This document shows positions 25,613-39,507 of a DNA stretch of 64,000 nucleotides, piece after piece. Each line of letters begins with the position of its first letter. Position 1 is the stretch's first letter. The stretch comes from Tilletiaria anomala UBC 951 (Eukaryota): positions 124,001 through 188,000 of the forward strand of contig NW_013547020.1 in the NCBI RefSeq assembly GCF_000711695.1, written 5' to 3'. Both the position numbers and the translations under genes were made by a program. The notes under the pieces are model-generated. The model had not been told where the DNA came from and did no database searches. It saw nothing but the letters and a program-made list of their open reading frames with translations.

Positions 25613-27306
25613 ACCCTTCACAATTCCGATCATCGCGTCTTCATCTTCCACAGCCATCGTTACGTCTGCATACAGCTCACCTGGCTGCCGCAAGGCGCTT
25701 CTTAACCTCCAGCGATGGCACCCGCCTATTTGGAAGGTTTCTTACGGCCTGGCAGTGATGTTGCTTGTTCCTGTGCAGACAACATAGTCATAAAGAGCAT
25801 GAGTTCGCGCGAAGCTCTCTATGCGGTGTCACCGGTCGGTCGCCACCATGAGCCACCGTCGAAGCGTTCGGCGGTATTGGCAAACGTAACAAACACAGAT
25901 CGGGTTCAGCTTCCATCAATCAGCATCTTTGTTTGATATGTGTGTATTCTGGAGGTCTCGACCTGCCTGCCAAAAAGTGAGCCACGGGGACACACGGTCG
26001 CCGAGCGCTTGCTACAAGATCTCGACGCAGCCGAGATCACCTAACTTGACGTTCTCCGTCTGGTTGGGTACTCACGATGGACCCGGCCTCGGCGCGCTCT
26101 GGCCGGTGGCCAAATCCGCCACCACGACGACCGTATCAAAGACATCGTCAAACAGCATGTACCAAAGTGAATCGCGCGGATCTGATCAGCAGTGGTGGCC
26201 GTGCAGCAACTGTCTTGGTCTATTCCACACTGTGCTCTCCTGTTAGCACCATTCCATTCATCGCATTGCAGAAGGCAATGCGATGTGGGAGTTGTGACCT
26301 GGCGCTTGATGAGGCTTGGGGTTAGGGTTCGTTCCGTAACCTGGAATGCATTCCCGCTTTACTCGTATTGGCCGGCGAGTCCTTAGTTTTGTGAAAAGAC
26401 ATCTGTCTGTGGCTACGGTGGAGCTTTGTTCAGCGGAACGGGCACGACTTGCCCCACCATGTTGTGTCGCAGAAGTAGCCCAGCGCAGAGGCTGGATATA
26501 GTGCTGTTCACAGAGAAGCACTTGGTCTGTGCAATGTGGTCCAGAGGCTTCAGGCGTAAATAAAAGGGGAGCCTCGTATGCGGTAGGAGGCGGCAAATGC
26601 TGTCGTCGCTAGCTTCTTGCGGCATCAGGGAGATGATCATATGACCCAATCGCAATCACATTGTGCGAGCTTGGTGTGAAGGATAGTGATGTATCGCACG
26701 TACCCAGGGCCGCTTACACCATCCCATGCCCTCCATCGCTGGCCGGGCGCATCGCGCGCTCTGAAAGCCGGCTTCGCTGATACGTTAACGGACCCAACAC
26801 ACCATTTTCCTAATCAAATAAAATTAAGTTAAAAAAGAGGCTGCTGACTGTTTTCGTGTTTCACTGAGCGTAGAAAGAAGATTGATCCCGTCTGAAGCTG
26901 GGCATTCCATGAAAAGCGTTGAAGAATCAACAACATGTCTGCCTACGTTGCGCACAGCGCAGCTCTCGGGGTCTCAACGAGCCATCAGCGATCAGAAGTG
27001 AGCTCGGGCTGCTGGGCTCTGGCAGCAGATGCGCTGATGGTCTCACGATCAATAAAAAGCACCATGGGGAAGATTCGGAACTCGGGTCTCGGACTACTCT
27101 ACGCCACATTGGCCCAGCTGTAGTGAGCACAACTGGGTAACGTCGTCCACTGGGACGGGCAATGGTGCAAACAACGTCGCTGCTCGACTCCGTTGGGAAG
27201 ATGTCCGGAAGCCAAGTGAACGTGTCCATTGTCGCCGGATGCAGGGGCCCTGTGCGCCACGGAGGCACGTCAATCTGGCAAAGCTTGTGCGAATGGGAGG
27301 GACCCG

Positions 27307-28867
27307 ATGACTGGTAACCATCAGAGGCGCAAGGTTTTGCACCTGCGTCATTACCGGCCAACACTATTACTGAAAGCGCTGCTGCTCTCCTCCGGCGTAC
27401 TAGTCATCAATACGCTGATATGGGCGCTCTCCGGAGGGATCCTGAAAAAGAATGTGCTTGGACTTGCGCTCATTGCCTGGACAACAGGTCTGCGGCATGG
27501 CCTCGACGCGGATCACATCACGACCATCGACAATGTCGTTCGACGGATCATGAACAGCCACAACGAAGGACGGAGCCCAAAGACGCCAATCACGACCGGG
27601 ACGTTCTTCTCGCTCGGTCACTCGACCATCGTCCTCTCGGTGATCATTGCCATCGCGATGTCGGTGTCCATCGCAAGCAAATTGGATGCCGTTGGAAGTG
27701 TGGGAGGGGTGATCGGTACAGCGGTCAGCGGCTCGATGCTTATGCTGCTTGCCATCATAAATGCCTGCATCCTCTTCGGCACCGTTAGGAAACTTCGAAG
27801 GGTACGAAGAGGCGCAGATGCCGATGCGGAATGGGCACCTAGGGGCTGCTTTGCGCGAATGGCCAAACCACTCCTTCTCGCAACGGATCACCCGTGGAAG
27901 ATGTACCCAATCGGTGTGCTCTACGGCATTGGCTTTGACACTGGTGCGCTGACAGAGGCAGTCCAACTGGATTATAAGATAATTCTAGCTGACGTGTAGT
28001 TTTACTTTATCTCTTGCACGAAGCGAGCAGCATCGCGCTTCTGAGCGTATCTGCCATTGCATCGACTCGTTCAGATGCACATCGCAATGGATCGGTCGTT
28101 CTGCTCGCCCTCCTCTTCGCATCGGGTATGTGCCTTGTCGACTCTCTGGACAGCATCATGATGGTGTACGTCTACTCCCCTAGTGCTATGCGCGAGGGCT
28201 GGAAGCTGCTCCGCCCTCCTAGAGATGGTGCCGAGACGGAAACCGAGGCAGGCACTCAGCCAGACTTGCAGACCGCCGAGCAGACAATGGCAAGCAATCC
28301 TGCGGAAGGAAATCAGGATGCATCACCGCAGGAGAACAGCAAAATCGCGTCCAATGCGACGGTAGCAAAGCAGACACCTCAATTTCCCTTTGAAAGCCAG
28401 CCTGTCAATCTGGAAGCGGGACATCTAGGGAGCAGCCCCAGGGTCAATGTGCTCACTCCGGCTGTGAAGCTCTCATTGGTCATGACCACTGCCTCGATCT
28501 TGATGGCCTTTACTATTTCGCTCATTCAAATTTTGAGTCTTATTGCAGACCAATGTGGTCCGTGTGCAGCGGCAGCTGAGAAGCAGCAGGAGACGGGGGA
28601 CGGCGGTCTCGCTGGACGCTGGTGGCTTGGCTGGCAGGATGCGGCAGACAAATCTACCTAGTGAGTGTAGCAGTTTTACAAGGCCTTGTGCAATGCGGCG
28701 CTGGCCCGGGAGAAGCTCCAGTGCTGACCTGGCTGCGTTGCTCCAGCATTGGCATCGGCATTGTTGGTGCGTTCGCATTGGCGCTTGGCTTTTTCATGCT
28801 AGAGCAGTCAGCCACGAAGTGGATACGAAAGCGGCGAAAAACTAGAATAGTAGCACAACAAAGCTGA
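27307..28867 (+). CDS. NIC1: High-affinity nickel/cobalt permease, NiCoT family (Nic1-like). Exons ~27307-27943, 28024-28660, 28747-28867
   Basis: NiCoT signatures GLRHGLDADHITTIDN, FFSLGHSTIV, PWKMYPIGVLYGIGFDT and GMCLVDSLDS, plus several hydrophobic helices. Start codon uncertain. Confidence 0.92.
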
Positions 28868-28967
28868 ATGACATTCAAAACAGCGTTTGGTGATGCATGC
28901 AATACGATGCTTCGACGCTACAACATAGTGTACCTTTACTATCAACGGCGTCATCTGAGCGACGCTG

Positions 28968-31900
28968 CTACATTGGATCTGCTGGACGCTGGCCCGCTAG
29001 CAATGCATCAGGAATTGGACCCGTGTTTTCGTATTCAGACGCCTTTACTCCAGTGGACTCATCCTGCTTTTCGTAATTTAGCAGCTCTGTTTGCTCGAGG
29101 TAAAGCTCATCCTTCAACGAATCGGTCCAGCCTTTCATGTGTTCGAACAGAATCGAGCCAAAGATCGAGCAGGTTGCTACGGCGGCCGCAGCAATGTATG
29201 AGTGGCGCAGGTATGCCTGCCCATTCGCTCGGGGAATGTCGATGCGAGCACCGTAAAGGCCGAGAACAGTGAGGACAGGCGGAAGAATGAGCGCAATGGC
29301 AAGCCTGCCGACCAGGCTCAAGAATGGGATCTCCTGGTCCTTCCAGGCGTCGTATTGTGCGTCGGTCACAGAGTATAGGACGATCTTTTGTACCATGGTG
29401 CCTACTTCCCATGCTTGGATCAATGAGATAGTCGGTGCTGGGTGCTCCAGGCCAAATAACACCGGAACTTCCACATCTGAGAAGGAAGAAAAGATCAGTG
29501 CCCTGCTATTATCTTCCTACAAAGTGATTAGCGAGAACTCACACTGTTGGAAGTTGAGACCAAAAAGGAGTGGCATCGTCAACCGAACAACGGCCACGTG
29601 GCAGAGCCAACGACAAAAGGGCTCAGCCAACCGACGCCATAGCGGAGTGTCGTACTTGATGGCAATGATCTGCACCCCGTCGGCATCCTCCTTGGGCTGC
29701 TCGCCTCGGACTAACTTGGAAACGCCGCGAGCCGCTGCGAGAATTGCGAGGGAAAGGCAGGCACCGATGAAGTACGCACGCCCATCGTGCGGCTCCCTAT
29801 CGCTCAAGAAGCGCGCTGAGAATGTCCGTCCAAGGAGAAGTGGAATGACCATGCAGAGCGTAATCAAAAGCGCAGCGGATAGCCCAAGAGAAGCGACAAA
29901 GGCCCACAGCCGAACGCGAAATTGCGGCGGCACGTAAACAATCGTGTACTTCGGCTTCGTTCCGGTCATCTTGGAAATGGCTGCGTGTTGGACTTTGATC
30001 GCCTGGCGGCCCCGCTCGTCAAAAGGCATTCCACTCGCATCCGTTCGAATGACAAGGGGCGTCGACATGATGGCATGGTTGTCCGCCGGTACCCTAGCAA
30101 AGCTCCCAGTGGGGGGCCGAGAGCCGACTAGAATTACCGAGTTTTCATTGCTGGCTTGTGATCCCTCTTGAGCTGACAACGGTACACCCTCTTCATCGCG
30201 GTGTCGACCTCCGCGCAGAAATGATGAAAGACGTAGCTGAGCTGCAGCATACTTCCACCACCGCGAATATAAACGGCGGGTGAGACGCGATGGTTTCGCC
30301 TTGCGAATGAGCCATGGCACGACGATCAAAATCGCGACGAGATCAAGGAGAGAGTAGGTCGTGTGCTCGCGGGCCGACGTGCGCAAAGGAAGAATGAAGG
30401 ACGCCCAAAATCGAAGAGCCACAGAAGGGAAGCCGACAGTGCCGATAAGGACGGCTGTATACATGAGCACCGACGTGCCGAGCTTGGCCATGTGTGTTGT
30501 GCTCTTCCGATCGAGAATCTCCTTTACTGGTTGGAAATTGAGGTCGTGCGGATCCCGGATCCAGCAGAGCACACCGGGGCGAGCGATGTCGCGAGTCAGG
30601 CTGACAAATTGGGCGAAAAGGAACATGTAAAGGGTGCCTACTACCCAGTGGACGAACAAGAAAGTCAAGGGCGCAGCACAGAGACTACTTATGCGGTCGG
30701 CGATGGTGATACCCATGCAGAGCGGCAGAGCGCAGAGGTCGAGAATGAATCCGCAGCCGAGCGGGAATGCCGCAAGCTCAATGCCGATAAAGAAGCCAAC
30801 TTTGACGATGACAAGCTGTTCATCAATGAAGCTTTGCGCCCAGCTGAAGATGCTGCTGTTGAAATAGCGCGATGCTCGCTGCTGAGCCATTAGGGCAAGA
30901 ATCCAGTACAGATGCCCAACAGCGACGGCAGTGGCCCTGTCAACCATCCTCTTCCCATAGATCCTCCCGTTGACCCAGGCGTGCAGATTCCAGAAGCGAG
31001 AAGACATCCAGCTGGCGGACGAGTTGGCGACCTTCTGAGCGGCAATGACTGAATGCCTTGGCAGCCAAGTGAATGACTCCTTCGCATGCCCTGCATTGGA
31101 CTTGACTTGGGAAACGATCGAAGATTGGGCTGCTTGATTGGGATTGGGACCAACCATAGTGCCGATGAGCTGGCTCAGGCTTTTGCTGAGGAGAGCGATG
31201 AGGCCGTCGAAGAGCGGATCTGTGATGATGCGCAGTCCTCGGATGGGAAGCTTTACGAGCCAAATGAGCCTCTCTCCCGTGCCAAAAAGTCTTCCAATGA
31301 TGAAGGGCACCGCAGCGAAAACCAGGAGCGCAAAGCTGGACAGCACAGTGATAAGCGCGAGATTCTGCCACAAGGCACTTAGTGGGCCGTGCAAGCCAAC
31401 AGTTTCAAAGACTCCCATGACTTCATCCTCCCATGCCTGTTGGGCATCCGCCTCTTCCCATGGGTCCAGGTCGTCCCCCATTAGTTCATCAGGATGGCCG
31501 TCCTCATTTGCGCCATTGATGGGCACCTCGTTGGCAACTTGGAGGCCATCAGGCCCGTCGATGTTAAGGATCCTCCGTTGCAGTATCCTAGGGACCGCAA
31601 ACTGTGCGCCTTCTTCGTCCGAAGTGACGTCCTCCCACGCATCGTTTTCTTCGTCGCTACTATGCGAGGACATCGCGTCGTCTGCGTCGGCTAGTGTGCC
31701 CATAGAGTCCAGCTGCAAGTTGTCCAACAAGTGTTCTTCAGTGACGCTGTCACGTCGATCCAAGATGAAGGCCTCTTCTTCTGATCGATTGGACGGACCG
31801 GGAAGTGACTCGGACCGATTCGCGAAATTCTGCTCCTCAGGATCCAGAGGTGCCAGCCCAAGTGCCTGAAATCTTCGTCTTCTCATGTCGTCCAAACCAG

Positions 31901-32987
31901 GCCCCTCGCCTGGTCCGTTTTGTGGCAAGTTTGGGTTAGAGACTTGCAAAGACCCTGTCTCATCAACGACGGAAGATGACGTGGGAGGCCAGGTGGGGCC
32001 CCCTGCATGGTTATCGTCCCCAGTAGCGCCTCCTTGACCCTTTAGCTCGCGCGCGCCTAGGGCAGTCCGCACCTGTTCTGGCGTATCTTCAAGCGCTTCT
32101 CTTCGCTCTCCTATGTTATCAAGTGGGGTCGCGAGCGCGGGCTGCGCGTGCGGGTCAACTCGCGCAACATTCTGCCTTGCCAAAGGGTTCGCAGGAGCGG
32201 CAACTGGCGCATGATCGGGCTCCCCCGCTGGTTCTGGAGCTTGAGGCAGATGCTGTAGCACCCACTCCCTAAGCAGGAAGACGCCTACAAAAAGGACGAC
32301 GATAATGCAGCTCAAGATTTGGCCCTCGAAGCAGTCCTTGATTAACCCATTAACGAGGCCTTTATGCTCCTGGAAAAGCGCTTCAAAAAGAGCCTGGCCT
32401 TGCACTTTCGCTTGGTCATCTTCGACCGCTGGTGAAACTGCAGGCGCTTGTGCCGCTGCGTCCTTTGTAGTGTTGGAATTGACGATGAACCAGGCCATAG
32501 CATCGGGTGCCGGGCCGGCATTGATACCCCAGAGGATACCGTCCGAGGTCCACAAAAGCCCTCTTAGAGTGAAGATGTTGACGAGCGGCAGTACTACGAG
32601 CCATGATAAGGCGCATAGCACGGCACGCAAGAGGTATCGCAGCACCTGAAGCGTCCGGAAGAACAAGCGCCGCAGGTAATGACGCCATGGCAGGTGCCCA
32701 GCCGGCATAGACGCTTTATAGCGTTTGTGAAAAACGTACGAGTGGTTACAGAGCTCGCAGTATTTCTTCTTACTATGTTGGAGCCATTCAATCAAGCTGA
32801 ACGTTCGGAGATAGGGTAGTTAGCATATTTAATGCCACATACATCCACATAAAAGCACTGACCATGCTTGATGGCACGATCTGATCGAGCCGGTACACTT
32901 GCAAGGATGGTAGAGCAGGGCGTCTGGCTCAGGGCCGCTCCTGCAGATCCTGCAAGTCTCCCCCTCTGCATCGGCAGCGACATCCAT
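28968..32987 (-). CDS. DOA10: ERAD E3 ubiquitin ligase Doa10/MARCH6. Exons 32987-32863, 32796-29543, 29476-28968
   Basis: RING-CH domain [34 protein letters not shown] domain [18 protein letters not shown]...[12 protein letters not shown], many TM segments and C-terminal LKDELYL...LLNYE. Confidence 0.94.
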
Positions 32988-33535
32988 TTTGCTTCAGTGT
33001 TGTAGACCACCACACAAGGTGTCGAAGCAATGTTGGCCGATTGTCAATAGCAAGCTCACGGCCGCAATGTCAATGATTCGGGCGTACGCCGTGAGATCCA
33101 GGTGTCCTACGATGCTCCCGGACACATCGCCTTCGCTGGCTCATCTAGCCACACGGGGTAGGGACTACGCTTGATGGATAGCCTGAGACCAGCGTACTAT
33201 GCAAGCCTACCTTGGCGTGCTTGGACCAGTCTGCAATTGAAGTGGTGTGAAAGACGGTAATGCAGAGCACATATTCCTGGAGGAGCAAGCAAACTCAGCT
33301 TGTAGCTGAATATCAAGTACCAACCTATGATGATGGGAAAGGTGATGACTTCCGCCACATATTTTTGCATCAGAATGCCGTCAAAGACGGGTTCGATTGA
33401 TTTCTTTCATTTCCTTGGTCCTACCTAGGGTGAAGTCATCGCCTTGACAAAGCCCTGTTATCCCACAAGCCCCGGGGGAGCTGCAAGACGCACAGCAAGA
33501 GAAGCCAATCCATCCTCATTGCGGGTTTCACAAGC

Positions 33536-34390
33536 ATGCCACCGAAAAGTGAGTAGTTAGTCGGTGCCACCAACCGACAGCAGGTGCGGCGACGCAGGAT
33601 GTGGTTAACCATATTATGTGCGGTCCATTCGAATTTATACATCGTCATCAGCGAACTCAAAGGCTGCCGCTGGCAGGGCGCGGAAGGCTGAGCAGACAGA
33701 CAAGAAGGCAGTGGAGGCCTCGGCGAAAGCCGAAGCGGCAGAGGCGGCTCGATGGGAAGATGGCGCGAAGGGAAAGTCTGCAGCAGATATGAAGCGAGAA
33801 AAGGCTGAGGAAGCGGCCCGCAAGAAGGCGGAGAAAGAGCGCTTGCTAGCAGAAGAGGAGGCCAGCTTGCCAAAGCAGCAGAAGTTGGCTCCGAAGGCTG
33901 GCGGCAAGAAGGGTGGCAAAGGGACGTCAGGCGCAGCATCCAGCTCTGGGTTTGATGATATGATCAGCTCGCTGTCCGCTTCCAATATCGACGATGCAAT
34001 CGACGCCATCGATTTGGCAACCGAGAAGACCTGGGACAAGGCAGCGATGGGTTCAAAGGCAGCTCAGATCGATTCACACCCTGAGAGGAGATTTAAGGCA
34101 GCTTTTGAGGCTTACAAGGAGCGGGAAACCCCGAACGTCAAGAAGGAGCATCCCGGGTTGCGGAAGACGCAAGTCGACGACATTCTGTACAAGCAATTTC
34201 AGGTGTGTCGATCGTGTCTCTGTGTAGCAACGGCCGCAGACAGAAGGGCTGATGAGGACACTCAAATGTACAGAAAGCGCCGGAAAACCCATTCAACCAA
34301 CTCACTGTCGCATACGACGCTGGTAAAACCGAGAAGATGGCAGCATTGCAAGCTACGCGTGAGGAGACAGCAAAGCGGCTCGGTTCGTAA
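33536..34390 (+). CDS. LSO2: Ribosome hibernation factor Lso2/CCDC124-like. Exons 33536-33548, 33652-34202, 34274-34390
   Basis: NSKAAAGRARKA, LLAEEEASL, SASNIDDAIDA, DSHPERRFKAAFEAY and QFQ|KAPENPFNQ. Confidence 0.88.
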
Positions 34391-34527
34391 AGTATCATCC
34401 TGTCGTTTCTGGTACTTGATGGCGACATCGGTCTTCACAAAGACTTGAATTTGTCATCGCAATAGATAGTTGGTAAAAGTACAACATTGGCGGGATACAT
34501 CTTTTAAAAGGGGGACACACGCGCATT

Positions 34528-35635
34528 TTAAGCTGTCCTCAGCTCCTCATCGACTAATAGAAGTACGGCGCTGATGGCGATGACCAGAGAGAGAAGGCCT
34601 GTCATGAAATTGACAATCTTTCCACTCCTTGCATGTTCGACATCTTTGTCTGCAAGATGGAGCTCGATCTTCCTTCCAATTGCAGAAGCAATTTCCCTCG
34701 GGCCTGAATGGGCCATGACGGCACCATCAGCCTGGCCATCGCACATGGGATGGGCTGATCCTGCTTGCGCTAATACGTCTATCCGCTCCAGAGCGCGCTC
34801 TCTCTGTAAATAGTCGAATGTGCCGATGCCCAGGGCGAGCAGGGCGACGACGAAATAAATGAGGCCCAACACAAGCGAGCCCGTAGCTGTATCTAGCACC
34901 CCCCTAGATACTTGTTGCTTCAATGCCACTTTCGGCATCTGAAAAGCACTCGGTTCGAGAAGGGAGTTTGTAGTCTGAAACGTGAGTAGTTCTGATGGTG
35001 GGGGAATTGTGTCAAGGATGTACCCTGTCGCCTTCTCAGCGAATCCGTATTCACTTTGCGCAGGTGCAATCTTCATCGCATATATTCTCTCTCGCCACCG
35101 GCGCCGCAGAGCTCGTTGAACGGAAAGTCGCGAGCCTTGAGGCCCGCGAGGGTCGACAAGCAGCACGCTGGCTTTTGGACTTGACTGGACGTCATCAAGA
35201 TTGAACCGTAAGAGCAAGAGCCCCGATAGCCCAGCCATTACTGCAGAGGTCTTGACCCAAGACATGAACGTGCGTTCACGTGCTGTGACCATTGAGACGT
35301 GTCAGGATTGCATTCACGGTGAAGCATCAAGCCACTGCATTCTCACCGCAGAAATCCCTCGTCATACTACTTGCGACATTTCTTACCATGAAAAATGAAG
35401 ACACGGCAGTATCGATCTTGGAGAGAAGCCGAACTCTCTGCCCCACTGCAGCTGAGTCAGCCATCGAAAAGGAGGGACCTTGTTCCAAAGTAGGCGCAAC
35501 TTCCCCTGGAATCGGTGCGGGGGAAGGGCTACGAGAGTGGAGGGTAGAGCGAGGGTAGGCATTCGGGATGTGAGGTGTCAGACGGCGGCTTTGGCTCTTT
35601 GGAGGCACGGACGCCATACTAGACGCATCTGCCAT
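34528..35635 (-). CDS. DUF202 (YidH/Vtc1-like) membrane protein. Exons 35635-35347 and 35282-34528
   Basis: The spliced junction gives RDFCARERTFMSWVKTS, matching the DUF202 RD..A.ERTF..W motif. Three hydrophobic segments follow. Confidence 0.75.
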
Positions 35636-36312
35636 ACTTCTGCAAATATTTCAGTCGGCTGCCTGCAGCAAGCTTGAAAAGGACCTAATTGTCTAGCTAC
35701 CAACCAGCTGTCGAGGCTTCTTGCGTCGCCCGATTCCACTTCCCACGGCGCCACGCGCGAGTCTTCGCTTGCGCCAGGATCTGTAACGAGCTTATTCGAC
35801 ACACCTTGTGATCGCTGAAGCGGCTCCTGCCCATTGACCTCATGCAGTCGATCTAGGCCATAATACGTTGAAATACGATGCGCAAGAGATTACTGATGTG
35901 CTCCAACATGACTGCATGACGCAAGACGTCGGGTTGCCGGCATATATAATATGAGTTCACGTAGTTCCTATATGGCGACGGCGAAGCACTAGTCTTCGAA
36001 ACAATGCGCTTTGTGGCTTAGTTCAGCTGCCCCGGTAGGTCGGCCTCCTTTTCGTTGTACTTACTGGGGCCGTCGCGCGCCAGCCGCCAGGGGAGAGCGC
36101 GACTAGTTCGATGAGATCTGGTTTTCGACGAGGTTAGACCGATGCGTACTACGATGGGAGAATAAGAAAGAATAAGAAGACCTGCGAGGCAATTGGGATT
36201 GACATCTTTGCATTGATGACGGCTGCTTTCTTCACGTCGTTGAGAGTCCATTGTATACCGAGCCAAGGGACAAGAAGCACACCCAGTCGGGAACGTCCTA
36301 AGAATCAGAAAC

Positions 36313-38957
36313 ATGGCTCCCAAGCAGCCATCTACTAAGGGCGGCAAGAGCAAGAAAAAAGGCGGCGGAGGCGTCGACATTGCACAGGCCGAGGACGATC
36401 CTCTCCATGCAGTAATTCTCGCCGACTCTTACAACTCCCGCTTCCAGCCCTTGACGCTGGACAAGCCGAGATGCTTATTACCCCTCGTCAATGCACCGCT
36501 TATCGACTGGACCTTGGAAGCCTTGGCGCTGGCTGGTGTGCAGCACACCTACGTTTTAGCCCGTTCTCATGTCGAACTCATTCGTGACCATGTCGCTTCC
36601 CGCATGGACAGCAGCATGATCACTGTTATTGCGACTCCTGAGGCGAGAAGCGTGGGCGACGCAATGCGAGAGCTCGATACCAAGCAACTCGTCAAGTCAG
36701 ACTTCCTACTTGTGCACGCAGACTGCGTCGGTAACATGGACCTAGCCGAAGTGATCAGGATCCACAAGGAGCGTCGGAAAGCCGACAAGGACGCGATCAT
36801 GACTATGTGCACCATGTCGACTGCTGCGGGCAGTCGCAGTCGGTGCGTTTTCCCATGAGTCTCTTACAAGAAACCCGGATTTTGACACCTTGCTTGCAGA
36901 CCATATGGTGACTTGGCACTCTTCTGCCTGCAAGGTGAAACGACTCAGCTCTTGCACTACGAGGCCCTCCCCGCGATACCGCGAAAGAAGGGTATATCGC
37001 TGCCTTCCATTCTCTTCGATGAGAAGGAAGGACATGCGGAAGTCGAGTTGCGAAATGATCTCGTTGACTGTGGTGTCGATGTCTGCAGTGTCGACGTGCC
37101 GCCGCTCTTCTCCGAAAACTTTGACTACCAAGACCTGCGCCGCGACTTTGTAACGGGGATTCTCACTTCCGACCTGCTAGAGTCAAAGATATACGTACAC
37201 GTCGCGCCATCGTCGCCACATCGGATAACCGCATCCAGTTCCAGCACGCGAAGTGTGTGGGCCCCTCGAACAGGAAGGGGCTGGGGTTATGCAGCGCGCG
37301 TCCGGGACCTTCGCACCTACGTTGCGATCAGCAAGGACGTGATTTCCCGTCGGCTTGCACCTCTCGGTCCTGGTGGCAACATGCCGGGTGGAAGCCGTTA
37401 CAGTATTAAAGCTGGCTTGCGATATACGGGAGACGATGTACACCTCAGCCGAAGCTGCAGCATTGAGTCTGGCACGCTTATTGGACCTGCCTGCAAGATC
37501 GGGGAACGGGTCACGATCCGGAGGAGCATCATTGGGCCAGGCTGCATCATTGAGGATGGCGCTCATATCTCGGACTCGTACATCTGGGCAAATTGCAAGA
37601 TTGGGGAAGATGCCACGATTCAAGAGAGTGTTCTAAGTGAGGAGGTTCACCTGCTAGAAGGCGTGAAGGTCGGGCGAGGGACACTCATCGGTCAGGGCTG
37701 CATCATTGGCTCGCGAGTTAAGCTGTGTCCCATGTCAAGGGTGGCCAAGATCAGGTACTCCGACGCGCAAAGATTAGAGGATGAGGACGATGAAGACTTC
37801 TCCAGTGCCCCGCTGGCTGCCGAGATGTCATCAAACCAGGCCCAGAATCCATCTTTCTCCTCAGGGTCGTCAGACCTTGGGGTCGGGGGTCAAGGCTTCC
37901 TCTGGCCTTTGCGCGGGCAAGAAGGCGCCGAAGATGATGAGGACATCTATGACGACGACATAGTGGAAGACGCGCGAAATGTTGCAATCTTACAGCTCGC
38001 TGCGGGAGACGAAGGGGTGCAACTGTACGATGACGCGTCCGACCTTTCGTCCATCGACGGTGATTCTGACTTTGGTGAAGACAGTGATGACGAAGTCAGT
38101 GCGATCTCATCGGCAACTTCAGCAGCGGCCAATTCGCGAATGGCAGGCAAATCAACGGCAAGGGCTTCAGGTGCGCGAGCAGATAGCGGTATGGGCGCTA
38201 GGAGTGAAGACATGAAGACCTCCTTGACGCTGAGCGGCTCGGCAGCCACGGCAGGCGAGAAAGCGGCGGCGCAGCAGCGCCTGGTCGACTTTCACGAAGA
38301 AGCACTCGCATCTCTTAACCGCGCTTACGATGAAAAACACCAGATCTCCAACATCTCGATCGAACTCAAAACGCTGCGCATGTCGAGCAACGTACCACCA
38401 AAAGAGGTGTGCTCCACAGTCGTTGCGTTCACACTGAGCAAGTGCGATGCAACAAAGCCGAAGGAATTGGTCGAAACGATGGACCACTGGGGCGAGCTCA
38501 TTGCCTCGGTCGCTTCTGATGACGAGATTGAGGCAATTAGCGTGATGCAGGTACGTGTGCGGTCTGGCCTGCTCCAGCCGATGATCGCTTCGCGCGTTAC
38601 TCACATACCTCCCTTTGGCTGCCCCTCTTCTTTTTGCAGGCCTATTGCGCCGCATTCAACGAAACACATGGCCGCCTCTTTGTGCCGCTGCTCAAGAAGT
38701 GGTACAACGACGATGTCGTGTCGGAGGAAGGTATACTGGAGTGGTACAAATCGCCGCGATCGAGCAAGCCTCCTGCACCTACAGAACATCTCCTTAGCCA
38801 TCCCCAGCTTGCATCTAGCCAAGCAGGAGCAATGGGTGGTGCCGTGATGGCCGTCGATTTGGAAGTCTATGCCGGGCTCAAGAAAGCCGCACATGAAGTC
38901 ATCATGCTCTTGCTTGAGGACAGCGAGGATGAAGACGATGATGAAGAGGACGAATAG
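36313..38957 (+). CDS. GCD6: Translation initiation factor eIF2B epsilon. Exons 36313-36842, 36900-38550, 38640-38957
   Basis: AVILADSYNSRFQPLT..KPRCLLPL, LFSENFDYQDLRRDFV, left-handed beta-helix hexapeptide repeats and a W2 domain (IELKTLRMSSN, YNDDVVSEEGILEW). Confidence 0.95.
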
Positions 38958-39493
38958 CGCTGCGTAAAACGAGTACGCAAGAAAAGGTGGCGCGTCTCTT
39001 GCATATCCCAACGTAATCCTCGTTCACGTGTTCATGAAATGCTTTCGATACTTGTATTAAGCCTCTGTGCAATGAATGCGGTCATCACCATGTTGCTAGC
39101 TGCCTACGGTGGGCTATGGGGGCCATGGGTAGGGTCAGTCGAGACTGAGGCTTAAAAACTGCGCGATTTTGTCGTGGGCGTGCGATGCGTGCGGTGTAAA
39201 GAGGTGTTGTATCATCACAAAACAAAAGGTAAAATGCGTTCATTGCCAAGCAGGCGCGCTACTCTAGTCAAAATCTGGCCGATGAGCACCGGGCTGTTGT
39301 CTCCAATTACACAAACTCCCTCTGGCTACGACCTAATACTGACCAATGTCACGATTTGTGGGGAGGAGGAGAGGATCTGCCGCAAAGGACAGAAAGAACC
39401 ACGTGGCAATGTATTCAACCCTGCCGCGGCAATAGGCCCAATCATCGGCACATCCACAGCCTCTCCCCACTACTCACTCATGCTGGACTATGG

Positions 39494-39507
39494 TATATAT
39501 ATATATA
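39494..39507. repeat. (TA)n microsatellite in the GCD6-CDA intergenic region
   Basis: tatatatatatata read directly. Confidence 0.75.

Noticed and set aside
26509..26520. ACAGAGAAG, like the U6 snRNA ACAGAGA box
   Set aside because: The flanking U6 sequence (ATTAGCATGGCCCCTG) is absent.
24602..28867. ABZ2-like enzyme and nickel permease as a metabolic cluster
   Set aside because: No biochemical link, and no urease or urease accessory genes in the window.
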